A stretch of DNA of 63,294 nt, the filler included, from Basidiobolus ranarum (lineage: Eukaryota), in the NCBI GenBank assembly GCA_040143965.1. It is 29 parts of 29 records of this genome, joined end to end, with 100 filler letters (N's around TTAATTAATTAA, not from the genome) between each part and the next. Parts side by side here need not be neighbours in the genome. Positions count along the whole stretch, not along the records: positions 37,223 to 39,306 come from JASJQH010010678.1; positions 39,407 to 41,489 come from JASJQH010010679.1; positions 41,590 to 43,672 come from JASJQH010010680.1; positions 43,773 to 45,854 come from JASJQH010010681.1; positions 45,955 to 48,035 come from JASJQH010010682.1; positions 48,136 to 50,216 come from JASJQH010010683.1; positions 50,317 to 52,397 come from JASJQH010010684.1; 22 more parts are not named here. The stretch is one strand, 5' to 3'. The stretch's first letter is position 1. Each line of letters starts with the position of its first letter. This document shows positions 37,223 to 50,966 of the stretch, piece after piece. Under the pieces are notes generated by a model. It worked only from the letters and a program-made list of their open reading frames with translations, was not told the DNA's origin and ran no database searches. Position numbers and translations under genes: made by a program.

Positions 37223-39306
37223 TGTTGGCTTCTTTGTTTCAGTGTCAGAATCTGTGCTTTCTTTTTCAGAATTTCTTCTTCTTCATCTGGTTGACCTAAT
37301 TCCCAGACATGTTTCCCTTCAGCCACAAGTTGCATCTTGAATTTCCATTCATCGAAATCTTCCCCATTGAATGTTGGAATATTAGTAATCTCCTTTTGGA
37401 AAGAAGACTTTAATTCACTTGCTGCTACCCTGCTGGAGGATCTTGACATAATGGAAGAAATAAGTATCCGGTTGTAGATCTCCTGTCTTCAATCTCTCTT
37501 TGCCAATTTGCATCTGAATATCCCATCATATCAAAGTTTGATCCAGAATATGTGTATTTTAAGCACATATCCATAGTATCTTTCTAATATCTGATAATCT
37601 GCTTAACTACTGTGATTTGATCATATCCATAATTTTGAAGATATTGGCACATAACTCCTGCAGAATATGCAATGTCTGGCCATGTTCCATCCATGATACA
37701 TATTAAACTACCAACCATGGATTGATAAGGAAATTTCTGGCTTTCGTTCAAATCCAAAAATGTCTGATTTGTGCCATTTTTGGTCAAGTTAAGATTTATC
37801 TCCATTGGGGTAAATACTGGATTATATTCTTCCATTTTGAACTTCTTTAGTATATCTAGGATATACTTGGACTGGTTTAAAGTTATTGTTTTCATAGGTC
37901 TATCTATCTTAATTTGAATTCCAAGATAATACATCAGTTGACCAAGATCAATCACTTTGAATCTGTCAGATAAGTTGGATTTGGTTTTCTCCAGGGTCTT
38001 CAAGTCACCAGTTGCTATAATAAGGTCATCTAATAATAAGGCTAATAAGACTGGGCTTGTCTTATCTGGCCTGAAGTAGATATTACAGTCAGCACTACTC
38101 TTTTGGAATTAGACTGTTTCCAAAAAAGCATCAATATTGCTATTCTAGACTCTTGGAGAATATTTCAAGCCATAGAGTGTTTTCTGAATCTGCAAACATT
38201 TTGAGGAATTTCTGGGTCCACAAATCTATCTGGCTAGTCCATGGAGATCTCCTCAGCAAGCTCACCATCTGAAAAAGCAGTTTTAACATCAATTTGATGT
38301 ATAATAAACTAATATTTAGCTGAAATTGTTGAATTTAGCATGGCCTAAACACCTATATAGTCATATATAGCTTAGTACTTAGTTATCTTATAATTCACTA
38401 AGATATTATCCATTATTCTCAATTAGATTTTACTTAAAACATTCTTACCAACTTAGAAGTATTGGGAAAATATGGTCAGTTTGGAGGAACTTTAGAAAGG
38501 TGGAGTGGTTAATAGCTGTGTGAGATAATTATTTATTGTCTAGAAATAAAGCATTTATACATTTGGAACAAAATACAAAAAACTAACACTGGGGTTGTGT
38601 TCAGAACATCTGTGGGAGTAAAATGAGCTATCTTTGGGGCAATTTGGCTGAGTTTGAAGTTTTCAATATGGAATTGCTAATTCTCCCATTATTCACATAT
38701 ATATACAATATATGTTCCGATTTTCAGTTAAGTGATATTTGACTAAGTAGTGTTAACAAACTTATATGTGATATATGAAATAGTTAGGTGTATAAAGATA
38801 GAGATAACAAATATGATAAAGACAATATACTTCAACACTCCCACTCAACTGAATATTCATATATCTTTATCCTAACTTAAATCTTAATTCTTCAAATTTT
38901 GGCTGCAGTAATGGTTAGGTAAGAATGTCAGCAGGCATGTCCTCAGTTGGAGAGTGCTGTAGCTGGACATGCTTATTCTCAATAGCTTCCCTAACAAAGG
39001 GATGTTGAATGTCAATGTGCTTACTTCCAGCATGAAATTTGGGATTTTTAGCCAAAGAAATACAACTTTGATTATCCTTGAAAAATATGGTGGGTGAACT
39101 TTGAAAAATGCCCAGGTCTTTGCACAGTTTTCTTAACCACATAGCCTCCTTTGTTGTATGTGATGCTGCCATGTACTCTGCTTCAGTTGTTGAAAGTGCA
39201 ACAGTGGGTTGCTTCTTGCTACTCCAAGATACAGCTGCTTCACTATAGAGAAAAGTATATCCAGTGATAGATCTTGTGGCCTCAATATCAAGTCCCCAAT
39301 CTGCAT
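37223..39306 (-). mobile_element. Nested Copia cluster: gag start, RT, L1 LTR piece, L2 LTR, RNaseH
   Basis: IPTFNGEDFDEWKFKM; DLGQLMYYLGIQI; VALSTTEAEYMA; SKHIDIQH. Confidence 0.9.
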
Positions 39307-39406
39307 NNNNNNNNNNNNNNNNNNNNNNNNNNNNNNNNNNNNNNNNNNNNTTAATTAATTAANNNNNNNNNNNNNNNNNNNNNNNNNNNNNNNNNNNNNN
39401 NNNNNN

Positions 39407-41489
39407 TTGCTGGCAGCAGAACATGTTTGGTAGGTGTCTTCCAATACTTACTAAATCCTCTTGCCAGGTTTGGTTGCTGATTATTGAATTAGTAATTTAT
39501 CTATAACATCAAGCAACATTCTATTGAAGGCACTTTGTTTTTTTAACATGGAATAAAGCTTTGGTTTTATACAGCTTTGCATTGCTTTCTTCTCCTACAA
39601 TAGTAACACAAAGTTCTTTTTCTTGCAGCAGCATTTCCATTTTCATTTTCCAAACTTAATAAATGCCCCATCCAATTTTTCAGAGACAGAAAAATTTCCA
39701 GTAATCTGAGTAGTAAATATCAAAAAGATTGCAAGCTTGAGGCTCACCACCTGTTGAAGTGGCATGGAAACCTAGAGAAACTTTGGTTGTCACTTATTGA
39801 TAAATTAAATAGAAAATTGACAACTATTGCTTTGTCAAGATATAAGCAAACTAACATGTAGGATTTGTTAAGAAAGGTCTCAAAGCCATGTGTGCCAAGT
39901 TTGGGCTTTGAGCACAAGTTTAAAAAATCTGTAAATCTTTGTACATCCAAGTTAAAAAATATTTCAAGTACATTTCAATAGAAAACAGTTTGTGATATTT
40001 TAGTGAAATATAGGATAACCTTATACTAAACTATATATGACTATCTGAATGTTTAAACATTCCCTAATTCAAGATTCTCTTGCAAATAGATAATCATTGA
40101 AATTATTCCAAACAAAGGGCCAAATTTCTCAAATTTCTGTTTAGCTAATGGTTTGGCTAATACATCAGCAATCATGCTTTCTCTGGAACAATGATTTAAG
40201 TGAGTAAGCTTATTCTCTATAGTGTCTCTAATGAAATGATGTTTAATGTCTTTCAGCTTGCTGGTAGTGTATAATCAGCAATTTCTAGGTAATTTGTTAT
40301 AACTTTTATTATCTTGAAATATGGTTGTTTGGCAATTTCAAGTATAGTCCATATCTGTATGGAGTTTTCTTACCCATATTGCTTCTCTTCAGGCTTCATA
40401 AGTAGTCATGTATTCTGCTTTTGTTCCTTAACTTGCTGTAGCATGTTGATTCTGTGATTTCCAAGGATTAGCTTAATGACTATGTAAATACATATATCCC
40501 TCTTAGATCTGATATATTCTATATCTCTTCCTCATATGGCATCTTGGTATCCCATAAGATCAAAGTTTGATCCAGAATATGTGTATCTTAAGTGCATATC
40601 CATAGTTCCTATCTGATATCTGATAATCATCACAGCTGCTACAATTTGATTAAATCCATAATTTGGAAAATATTGATACATAAGCTCAAAAGTCTAGGTG
40701 GTGTTATGATGGAAAAGATGTTTCATGAAGATCAGAGGGAATTTGGTATTCCAAGTACAAGGTGCCCATTTCAGACCATGTAGACTTCTCTGTAGTCTAC
40801 ATGTTTGATATTTTTTTCCTATATCAATATATCCCTCTGGTTGATCCAATAGTGTGTTTTCATCAATTTATCCATTAGGAAATGCTGTTTGAACCTCCAT
40901 TGGTTCAATCAGCATTCCTTGGTGAGTAGCAATAGCTAAGATATCCATCTGAGTTTAGTTCCACATTCAGCACCTATCTTGCTACCAACAGTTTTTCTTC
41001 TAGTAGGTAAGTCCACACAGTACCATGTGTTGTTCTTGATTAAGGAAAGAATTTCATTTGGTGGCTTTTCTCTATTCTGTTGATTAGTAAGATTCCAGAT
41101 ATTATGTCAAACTTTCTGATTCAGAAAAGGCTACATGTGCTAATATATTCCATCCTTTTTCTGAATTGTATCAGTTGATTTTGTACTCAGATTTGAGATA
41201 TCCAAAGTTGTCAGCAGAGAGGTCAGATGTTTCACATACTGTCACAATAAGCAACTGGCCAAGGACTGGGAACAATGACAAGAGGCTTGAAGGCAGGAGA
41301 GTACTTGGGTGTAGAACACAAGACAAGACAAGACAAGACTGGACAAGGAAAATGCTTTTGCAAGAATCTTTTTTGATAACTGGCATTGATCGGACTGCGG
41401 TCTGATCAAGGCATGCATGGGGCTTATATAGATATTGCAAGCTAAAACATAATATACTGAATAGGGAATATACTGTGGCAAGTTTAAGA
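39407..41489 (-). mobile_element. Highly decayed Copia gag/LTR/RNaseH/RT pieces plus second copy of TTGTGACA-ending LTR
   Basis: Homology to 35700-36800 and 37500-37650; 41240-41489 matches 30669-30856. Confidence 0.75.
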
Positions 41490-42039
41490 NNNNNNNNNNN
41501 NNNNNNNNNNNNNNNNNNNNNNNNNNNNNNNNNTTAATTAATTAANNNNNNNNNNNNNNNNNNNNNNNNNNNNNNNNNNNNNNNNNNNNTATCAGTTTTA
41601 CTTGCTATCAGTTCTTTAATCCGAAAAAGCAGCAATAGCCAGTTTTTGTTTCCGATACCAAAAACCATGAAAATTTGAATGATGCGAGTTTCAACAAGCA
41701 AGAAAGTTTTGGCGTAAAGTATTAACCAAGCCTGATCTTTTTGGTGGGGTTATAGTGGAGAGTTGCACCTCGACAAGGAGAAGTTGTTGAATCCAAGTCC
41801 AGCTGGAGAATAATCTTTCGCAGTTAAAGCAGTAATTGTTAAACTGAAAAATATAGCGTATTTGATAGGATATAATTGTATATCTCAATTGATTTGGAAA
41901 TTGTTTTTTGATATTAAGAGAATTACTAGCTGTCAGAATGTGCAAACCGTCCTCGCCTGGTTGTTGGAATAATCAACCGGCAAGATCATCGACTGGAAGT
42001 ACTCAGAGGTTCCAAAGAACTATGAAACTCTATATTAAG

Positions 42040-42950
42040 TGCTTCACATACTTATTGTATTTGTCAGAAGTTTATAGGACTAGGTGGATTCTTTTTTTAG
42101 TGTTTCCCATCCTACTTGTTTGTAGATGCCATACCTTTCATTATTGGTTAGCAGTCTTCAGCACTTTGTAGACTCTCCTTAAATATGTCTCATACCCCTT
42201 GTTTCTTGGCACCATACCTTTTATGATTTTTCCATACTCATTAGCTCTTTGTTGGCTCTGCTGTATGTTTTTTGCATGCTTGTGATTTCTTGATGCCATT
42301 ACTTTTGTCATTTGTCAGTGTGCTTTTGAACTTTGCAGACTCTTGTTAAGTGTAGCCAATACTCTGTATTTCTAGGCACTATAGCTAATGTTATATATTA
42401 GTGGGCTTGGTACATTGTAAACAGTAAGTAATATCAAGGTTTGCAAGTTCACAGATATAGGCCTTATTATTGAAAGCTTGGTATAGATGTCCATATTGCA
42501 AAACACTCATTTCTTGGCTCCATGCATCTTGTCATTTGCAAGTAGGCTTTGGGACTTTGTGTATTAAATTTCAAGTCTTTTCCATACTCATTTGCATCTG
42601 TCAGTGATATTTAGCACTTGGTTGACTTTGATTTAAGTGTTTCCTATACCCTCCATTTCTTTACACCATACCTAATGACACTTGTAAATGGCTCAACACT
42701 TTGTCAGCAGTAAATAATATTGCAGTCAATAAGTTCCCCATTTGAGTTTTGGCTTTGAAGGCTTGGTCAGAGTGACCAAGTAGCTCATACTAAGCATCCC
42801 ATGGCTCCATACCCTTTATCATTTTTTAGTAGGCTTACCATTTGTTTCATGGTTCCATAACCCTTCTTATTTGTCATCAGTCTTTTTCATTGTGTAGACT
42901 CTTCTTTAAGCATTTTATATACCAATCATTTTGCAGCATTGTGCCTGAGA
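42040..42950. repeat. Diverged hierarchical tandem repeat
   Basis: Recurrent ACTTTGYAGACTCT..TTAAGTG..CATAC..TTTCTTGGCACCATAC..TGTCATTTG motifs; two longer units about 285 bp apart. Confidence 0.55.
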
Positions 42951-43772
42951 ATTCCTTTTAGTGCTATTTGCATTTGATCCATAGTAATGAATGTCTCAGC
43001 CCTTGTGGTTGCATGAAGCTTACTAGAATCTATAAGTATGAAATGCTATTATTGCTTACATTTGAGACAGAAATAGGGGGGTTGCAAATAAAAAGTGGTT
43101 AAGGTGGCAAGTTCAAAGCGAAATCACAAGAATGCTCTATACTGGACATTAGGTATGAACATGGACAACTGAGTAAAGCAGATACCATGGTTGGGGAAGG
43201 AGAAACTCTTTGCCTGTAAGTTTATTAACCTCTATATTGAATTTTAATCAGAAAAGATGATTCAACAGATTAAAATCACCAAGTATGCAAACATAATTGA
43301 AGCAAGGTATTGTAGTTTGGCGGTGAAAAACCACCAATTACTGAAAGTATTCTCCAGAACTATAGTGCTACATTGGTAGGTGTTTTTTGGCCAAAAACCT
43401 ACCTGAGTGGTTCCAGCTCCTGGTTGAGTATATGTGGACATTGATCAAAAAGTGTACAGGTCATGAAATATAGAATATTTGTTGATGTGATCTCAGTTTG
43501 GAGTCTTCAGTGCCTGCAGAGAAATTGTTGCACACTATTGACTCCAATGTATTCAATCAACCAGACTGCAAAAAAGAACTCATCCTTGTGAGGAAGCAAT
43601 TGATCAATATTTCTTTGGGAAAATATGTATACATTGCTCTAGCCTACAGAATCATGATTCCAGAATTCTTCANNNNNNNNNNNNNNNNNNNNNNNNNNNN
43701 NNNNNNNNNNNNNNNNTTAATTAATTAANNNNNNNNNNNNNNNNNNNNNNNNNNNNNNNNNNNNNNNNNNNN

Positions 43773-45854
43773 CTCAAAGTTGTCTGGACTTACTGGTTCA
43801 ACCAAAGTTGCATTTCTACCTACATCATTCTGGTCATATAACTATGGTAACTCCATGGTATTTTGACTTTGAGCAGTGCTATCAAAACTTTGAGGTAGAG
43901 CATAGCTAGTGGACACAGTGGGCAAAACAAAAGTACATTTTGTGCACTTATTATTGTTGATATTCACCAGGCTTTGTGCAGCTGGTGGCCTTGTATAATG
44001 ACTGTGCTTGTGGTTATTTTTCTATGCTGGCTCCAGCTTTCATAGCGCCAGAATTTGTGAGAACAATAGCAGGGCCTCCTTATCATTTGTGTTGTTTCAT
44101 AAGAAGGATATTGTGGAAATAAGAGCCTCTCCTACATAAGGGTGGTCTTTTAAGTATATTGCAACAATATCATCAGCTGATTCTGAGATGGTGTCACCAA
44201 TGAGTCATCAGGGGATTTACCAGATATTGCTAGTAATGAATGACAATTTTGGTTTATTGTAAGCTATTCCTGAGCAATTTCATTACACCAACTTTGCCAT
44301 TTGAGAATTTCAATTCCATTCAAAGAGCATTCAAAATCTAAATCAAAATTGGCTTTGCAGCAAATGCCTATTGGCACAAAAGGAAAAAACCAGCAAGAAC
44401 AGAGGACTCAATTGATGAGCAGTCTAGCAATCCACTATTGACTTTAGAAGGTGTTCAGATGCCCAAAGCTAACTCAGGTAATACTGAAGCATTAATGAAT
44501 TTAACATATGTGTTCTTTTCTAGTGATAGTGCAAGTGAAGAGATTGTAGTCCCCCAATCACATAGTAAATCAATAGGTGAGCAAAGTTCAACAGAAACAC
44601 TGTCAAGACCATTGACTTCCAAAATGCCTACTTTGCCAACCATTGAACACCCCTCTGTAGACAACTTGGATAGAACTATTACAACAAGGGAATCTCAGGT
44701 GGAACACCATAATGTTTTGTATGTGCTCATTATCAAAAACTACAAAGTTGCTATAAAGGCCATGACAAGCAATAATGCTGCAATATCACAATTAATGCAG
44801 TAATCTGAAGCAACTGGGCAATGTTTAAAGAGTTGCTCAACAATGATTTAAGATCTTCAGAATGCTGAACTCAAGCTACAGCCACATGCTGCTCCTTGCT
44901 TATATTCTCATATGAGATTTCAATCAATCCCACACCATACATAGGAGCATCACCATGACAATCTGGTAGAGCAGAATATGTGACAGACCATTCAGCCGAT
45001 GCAATGACCCAAAATTGGTTAGGCACATGAAAGTAGAAATCTCATTGGAAAACTGGCAAACCAAAAGACTCTGAATGTCAGAGCTGCCATCACTTGCTCT
45101 GATGATTCATGGTTTAGCATTTTGGAAACTGTGTGGATTCTTGCCCTCAATCACCTTGATTCAAGCCAATTGTGGAAAAAGCAAAACCAGGCATTACTCT
45201 GAAGGTTTTTGACTTATTTTATGCAGCTTATCCTGGGTTTTTGTAAGCAAATGACAATTGTGCTTGTATATGCCTGTTCATGAAACATCACCAAAAAGTA
45301 TGTAATAATTGAACTGGAAAAGAAAGAAAAACAGCTAAATAAGTACTCAAGGAACAGAAAGTTAGTAAGCCCAAGGGAAAACCCTAACAAAAATAAAATC
45401 GATTTGATCCGGATCAGATCCACCCTCTGAAATAGCAAAACCATCAGAGAACTGTCACAATATTGTTGGCTTGCATTCTGCCAGGGATTTTGATGATGTG
45501 ACAGCGGTTTCTTGACAGTATCTTAGCAGTATTCATACATGTTAAAATATTGATCCTCAAATTTGGCATGTGTTTTTCAATATCCAGCAATTTTTGCAAA
45601 AATATAATTTTCAAATGGCAAATTACTGGGTTTACTGCTGTGGGAATTTGAATTAATATGCATGCCTTTATTTAGATATTTTAGGCTTTGTATTTCAGCC
45701 ATAATGAGAATCAAAAAATACAAGAATCTTGTTGTGTTTAGTCTCTACATATGCACATATTTGACTGATTAGACATAACTCAACAACATCAATATGCTTT
45801 ACCAGCAAACTAATGGTGGAAAAATTGCTAAACATCTGAAATTTTGAATAGCAC
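43773..45854 (+). mobile_element. CACTA ORF2 remnant interrupted at 45382 by terminus A of another copy
   Basis: Paralog of 46050-47192; ORF2 motif at 45050-45380; CCCTAACAAAAATAAAAT at 45382. Confidence 0.75.
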
Positions 45855-45954
45855 NNNNNNNNNNNNNNNNNNNNNNNNNNNNNNNNNNNNNNNNNNNNTT
45901 AATTAATTAANNNNNNNNNNNNNNNNNNNNNNNNNNNNNNNNNNNNNNNNNNNN

Positions 45955-47385
45955 CAAAGTGTCTATAACAAAACCTTTGTCTTCTTCTTCAACTAACAAT
46001 ATACTACCATTGGTACTGGAATAACGCAGGTCAACATCTAGCAGCAAGTCCTCAAAGTTGCCTGGACTTACTGGTTTGACCAAAGTAGCATTTCTACCCA
46101 CATCATTCTGGTCATATAGCTGTGGTAAATCCATGGTATCTTGACTTTTGACAGTGTTCACAACACTTTAAGGTAGAGTACAGTCAGTGTACTCAATGGT
46201 CTAAACTAAAGTTGATTTGGTGCACTTATTACTGCTGTTATACACCAGGCTTTTTGCAGCTGGTGGCTTTGTACAGTGACTGTGCTTGTGATTAATTTTT
46301 CTATGAAGCGTTTGGCATTTGTAGCTTAAGAATTTGTTAAAATAATAGCAAGGTTTCTTTAAATGTTTGTGTTGCAACATGAGAAGGATATTGTAGAAAA
46401 AAGAACACCTCCCAGATAAGGGTGGTATTTTAGGTATAGCCCAACAATATCATCAGCTGATTCTGAGACAGTGTTACAGATGTGTCAGCAGGGGATTTAC
46501 AAGATATTGTTGGTAATGAATGGCAATTTGGTTTACTGTAAGATGTTTCTAAGCAATTTCATTACACCAAGTTTACCATCTGAAAATTTCAATGCCATTC
46601 AAAAAGCATTCAAAAGCTAAATCAAAATTGGCTTCCAAGCCAAAGCTTGCTGGCACCAAAGAAAAAAAACCAGCAAGAACAGAGGACTTAATTAATAAGG
46701 AGTCTAGCAATTCACTATCCACTTTGGAAGGCATTAAAATCCTGGAAACTAACTCAAGTAATGATGAAGCATTAATCAATTTACCAGATTTGTTCCTTTC
46801 TGCAATAGTGCAAGTGAAGAGATTGTAATCCCCCAATTATGTACTAAATCATAGTTGAGCAACATTCACTAAAAACACCATCAAGACCATCAACTTCCAA
46901 AATGGCTACTTTGCCTACTATTGAACAACCCTTTGTAGAAAATTTCGAGAGAATTATTACAAGAAGGGAATTGCAGGTGGAACACTGTTAAGATTTGTAT
47001 GCTTTCACAAGTAAAAACTACAAAGTTGCTATACTGGCTATGACAAGCAATAATGCCATATTACTGCAATTAATGCAGCATTTGGAAGCAACTAGTCAAC
47101 AGTTAGGGAGTCACTCAACAATGATACAAGACCTTCAGAATGCTGTATTGAGCTACAGTAACATGCTGCTCCCTCCGTCCATTCTCATATGTCCCTAACA
47201 AAAATAAAATTGATTTGATCTGGATTGGATCCACCCTCCAAAATAGCAAAACCATCAGATACCATTGCAATATCATTGGCTTGCATTCTGCCAGGTATTT
47301 TGATGGTGCAACGGTGGTTTCTTGATGGTATCTTCATGGTATTCATATATGTTAAAATATTGATCCTCAAATTTGGTATGCATTG
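45955..47385 (+). mobile_element. CACTA ORF2 remnant interrupted at 47193 by terminus A
   Basis: Colinear with 43773-44915; CCCTAACAAAAATAAAAT at 47193. Confidence 0.75.
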
Positions 47386-48135
47386 TAGTGTGGAATGGGG
47401 GTGTGTTATTAATCTTTGAAATGAAAAGACTAATATTCCACTAAAAATCTTCAGCTAAGCTAAATTTATATTTACTTGAAGCTTAAAGATATTGATAGAT
47501 GATATACCCTTCACTGAAAGAAACAGTTAAAGACAACTTTAAAGTGTGCCTTTAGACTAAAGAGATGGAGGGATGGATGGGAAAAGAGTGTTTTGAAAAT
47601 AATCCTTATGATAATCTTAGCAATCTTTGTGCTGTCTTTAAGTTGATGCTTTGAACTTAAAGAAGAAAAGAATCACTTCTTTGAAACTATATGGAAGAAT
47701 TTGACAAAAGAAATATATTCTCAGTGTGGAACAAAGAGAGTTCTAAGAGATTCAATATTGCAATACTTTAACAGTTTCAAAAACAATCATAAAGTTGCAA
47801 TCAGAGTCTTTATCATCATTCTGTTCTAACAAGAAGAATATGTTTGTGTTAAAGGAAAGGAAGAGTTAAAGGGGAAAGTGGAAGTGGAAAGTGTTGGGAA
47901 ACTTGTTGGGAAGAAGTTTTTTTTGCCAAAAAGGAAGATCAGGAATATATATGAAAGCTTAATTGCTTTCCAGCAAATAGACTATGTTAACTAGTTAAAG
48001 GTGGCTTAGAAATTAAAGAATCAGTGATAAAATTGNNNNNNNNNNNNNNNNNNNNNNNNNNNNNNNNNNNNNNNNNNNNTTAATTAATTAANNNNNNNNN
48101 NNNNNNNNNNNNNNNNNNNNNNNNNNNNNNNNNNN

Positions 48136-48681
48136 CACTACTGCAGGCCAGCAAAAGATGGTAAGCTCATTAGGAACAGTATCCCAAAGAATGCCAAGTG
48201 TCTTGGCCACGTCTTCAGGAGTACGGATACTGCCTACCTGGGTAAACAAGCTCCTAATGGGGCTTAATCCGGACTTCTTAATGAGAGCGAGGTCCAATCC
48301 CGATGTATAGAAATCCCCCAGCAAAGTATGAGTGGTTGAATTTCCTGCTTTTGCTATGGTAGTCAAAAGATAGACTAAGTTCTTTTGGCTAAGAACCGAC
48401 ATGGTGCTCCAGATAGATTCATCGCTAGGGAGAGTAGTGTTCCTAATCCAGTCATAGTTGGTATGAAAATAGAAGTTATCAGTGGAGCTTGGGGTGGTAA
48501 GTCTTGGGTGTGCACTGAACCACCAGGGATAATATAAGAAATCGGAATTTCCAAGTTTATGTAAATAGTGGTAGGGAAGAGTAAGTTCGTCAACCAATGA
48601 ACTCATGGTCGAAAACGATGATACGTATATGCTGAGATGACCATTGGCTGAAGGAGGTTGGAAATCCAAATTAAATGCCAA
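48136..48681 (-). CDS. M13 (neprilysin/endothelin-converting enzyme) metallopeptidase N-terminal region, possibly pseudogenised
   Basis: DNFYFHTNYDWIRNTTLPSDES...LGDFYTSGLD...GLSPI; in-frame TAA immediately upstream of the ORF. Confidence 0.7.
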
Positions 48682-49271
48682 AGATACCGATTACAGCAAT
48701 TCTTCAGGTAACGTTTGAGAAGGATTTGGTGATCCACTCGGAAGCTGATGTGCATCATCTAGGATGAGCCTAACTTGAGCAACCCAGCATCAGTTCTTGG
48801 GAAACATATTCACAACATAGTCCCTAGGTACGATATCTGAAATGCTTCGGGAAGTGTGAAACCTACATATCATTTTTCGTTAGTCGCTTCTTAATTAGCC
48901 CTAATCGTACTAATACCTTAGCTGAATGCATTGCTAATTCCAATTATGAGCATGGTCAAGATGCAGCATTCATATATATTAAACCACTCGAGTGCCCTAA
49001 GAAGGATTAACTTTAATCTTTGACTCATTCACTTAGTGCATAAATCTTGAATAGGTGCAATTTCCAAGTGTCAGGTTTTAACTTGTGATAATAACTTATC
49101 AAATCTGGTGACATCGATAGTGTGCAGAAATAGAGCAGCAAGATAAAGCTCTAAGATTGGAATAATATGTGGGTCTGGTAGCTTGGTGGTATAGTCTATA
49201 TATTTGCTAACCTGAGTATAGAAAGGGCAACTTCACTATTCTATATGTTTTCATAGTGATCAACCTTTATT

Positions 49272-49599
49272 TGTTAAAGTATTTGGGTGCCTGTTGGAAG
49301 TGGTTTGGAGAATTAGAAAAATTGGTGGCTTTCACTTATTGATTTATTGAGTAGAAAGTTGACATTAATAGTTTTGTCAAGAAGTAAACAAACTAACATG
49401 TAAAATATGTTATGAAAGGTCCCCGAAACATGTGTGCAAAGTTTGGGGCTTCTAGCACAAGTTATCAAAATCTATATATCTTCAAACTTCTAAGTAAATT
49501 CCTCATGAGAATAATGGATAATATCTTAGTGAAATATAAGATAACCAAGTACTAAGCTATATATGACATATAGGTGTTTAGGCAATGCTAATTTCAACA
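49272..49599 (-). mobile_element. Solo LTR (Copia L1) with 5-bp target-site duplication
   Basis: TTATT|TGTTAAAG...TTTCAACA|TTATT. Confidence 0.9.
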
Positions 49600-50087
49600 T
49601 TATTCACTTCCAATATATATTGTATAGGATAATCCAAGAACCCGCCCTCCAAACAAGAGCTGTAGCACTTCTACTTGGTAAAATAGCAATTTCCGTCATA
49701 GCATAAAGGTTAAAATAGTGGCCCTCTACCTATAAAGGAACCCAGGATTTCACAAGGGACTTTTGAGCATTGGGGTTATCTAGAGCGTGAAGAAGCACTA
49801 TTGCTTAGACAATTGAGATTCAAACATGTGCAGGAGTAAAAGAAGCAATACTGGGATTGATTTAGACAAATTTGAAATTTCGAGTTTAACTTTTTTGGGG
49901 TTGTCACATTTGTACTGAATGAAATCTTTATTTTTCAATTAACAATAAGGGACTACGAGAGTGTAACTTGAATAAGACGTGTGATATACTAACAAGATTG
50001 GGATAATGTGTATGAACATACTTCAACTGAAGGATATCATGGTTTTTGGGTTGGTAAAGAGATAAAGAAGACACTGAAGTTACAAAT

Positions 50088-50132
50088 ATAGGATACAGAT
50101 TTATAGGATACAGATTTATAGGATACAGATTT
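50088..50132. repeat. Perfect 3 x 15-bp tandem repeat
   Basis: (ATAGGATACAGATTT)3. Confidence 0.95.
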
Positions 50133-50966
50133 CATGTATTTTGCTATTTGTGGGGTGCTTAGATATTATCTGATTTAAACTGATGGAAATAGTTTGAGTG
50201 TTTCCGATTTAAGTTCNNNNNNNNNNNNNNNNNNNNNNNNNNNNNNNNNNNNNNNNNNNNTTAATTAATTAANNNNNNNNNNNNNNNNNNNNNNNNNNNN
50301 NNNNNNNNNNNNNNNNATAGTTCAAACTCAGTTATTCAAAGCCATTTAGTAATCTCAAAGTTTTTACGTTTATTGCTTATCTTTTCACTCGCATTTACGA
50401 TATAATTATCTACCTCAAATCTTATATGATATATTTATCTACATTAAATCTTATAAACATTGTCAACATTTAGGATATTATGGTACTGAAATGCATTAGG
50501 GATATATTGATAATCTTATTTTGACGAATCAACCAAAGTTTATCTCAAAGATATGGAAATCAACTCAATGGAAGCCAGTAGTAGGGAATTGTCTTAGAGG
50601 CGGACTACCTATCATCAAAAGAAGTAAATGTTAGATACTTTTTACTTTGGACTAAATAGCTATATAATTTAAGACTAAAGCAGTATATCTTATCAGTGAA
50701 CATTGCAAATATCTTGAAATTTTGATGAAGTTCGATTTGAGCATACGTGATGAAGGTAATTTATGAGATATGAAATTCTTGTGAATTTGAGAGATGTTGC
50801 TTCATTGACATGGTTGAATGCTTTTATACTTTTGAACATGTTACTAAAAGAAAGATGCGGTTGTATTCAGAGCATGTGTGAGATTATAATGAGCTATTCC
50901 AGAATAAATTTGGAAGACTTTGAAACTTTAAGCTCAACTTTACCAATTCTTCGGTAATGTTAATGT

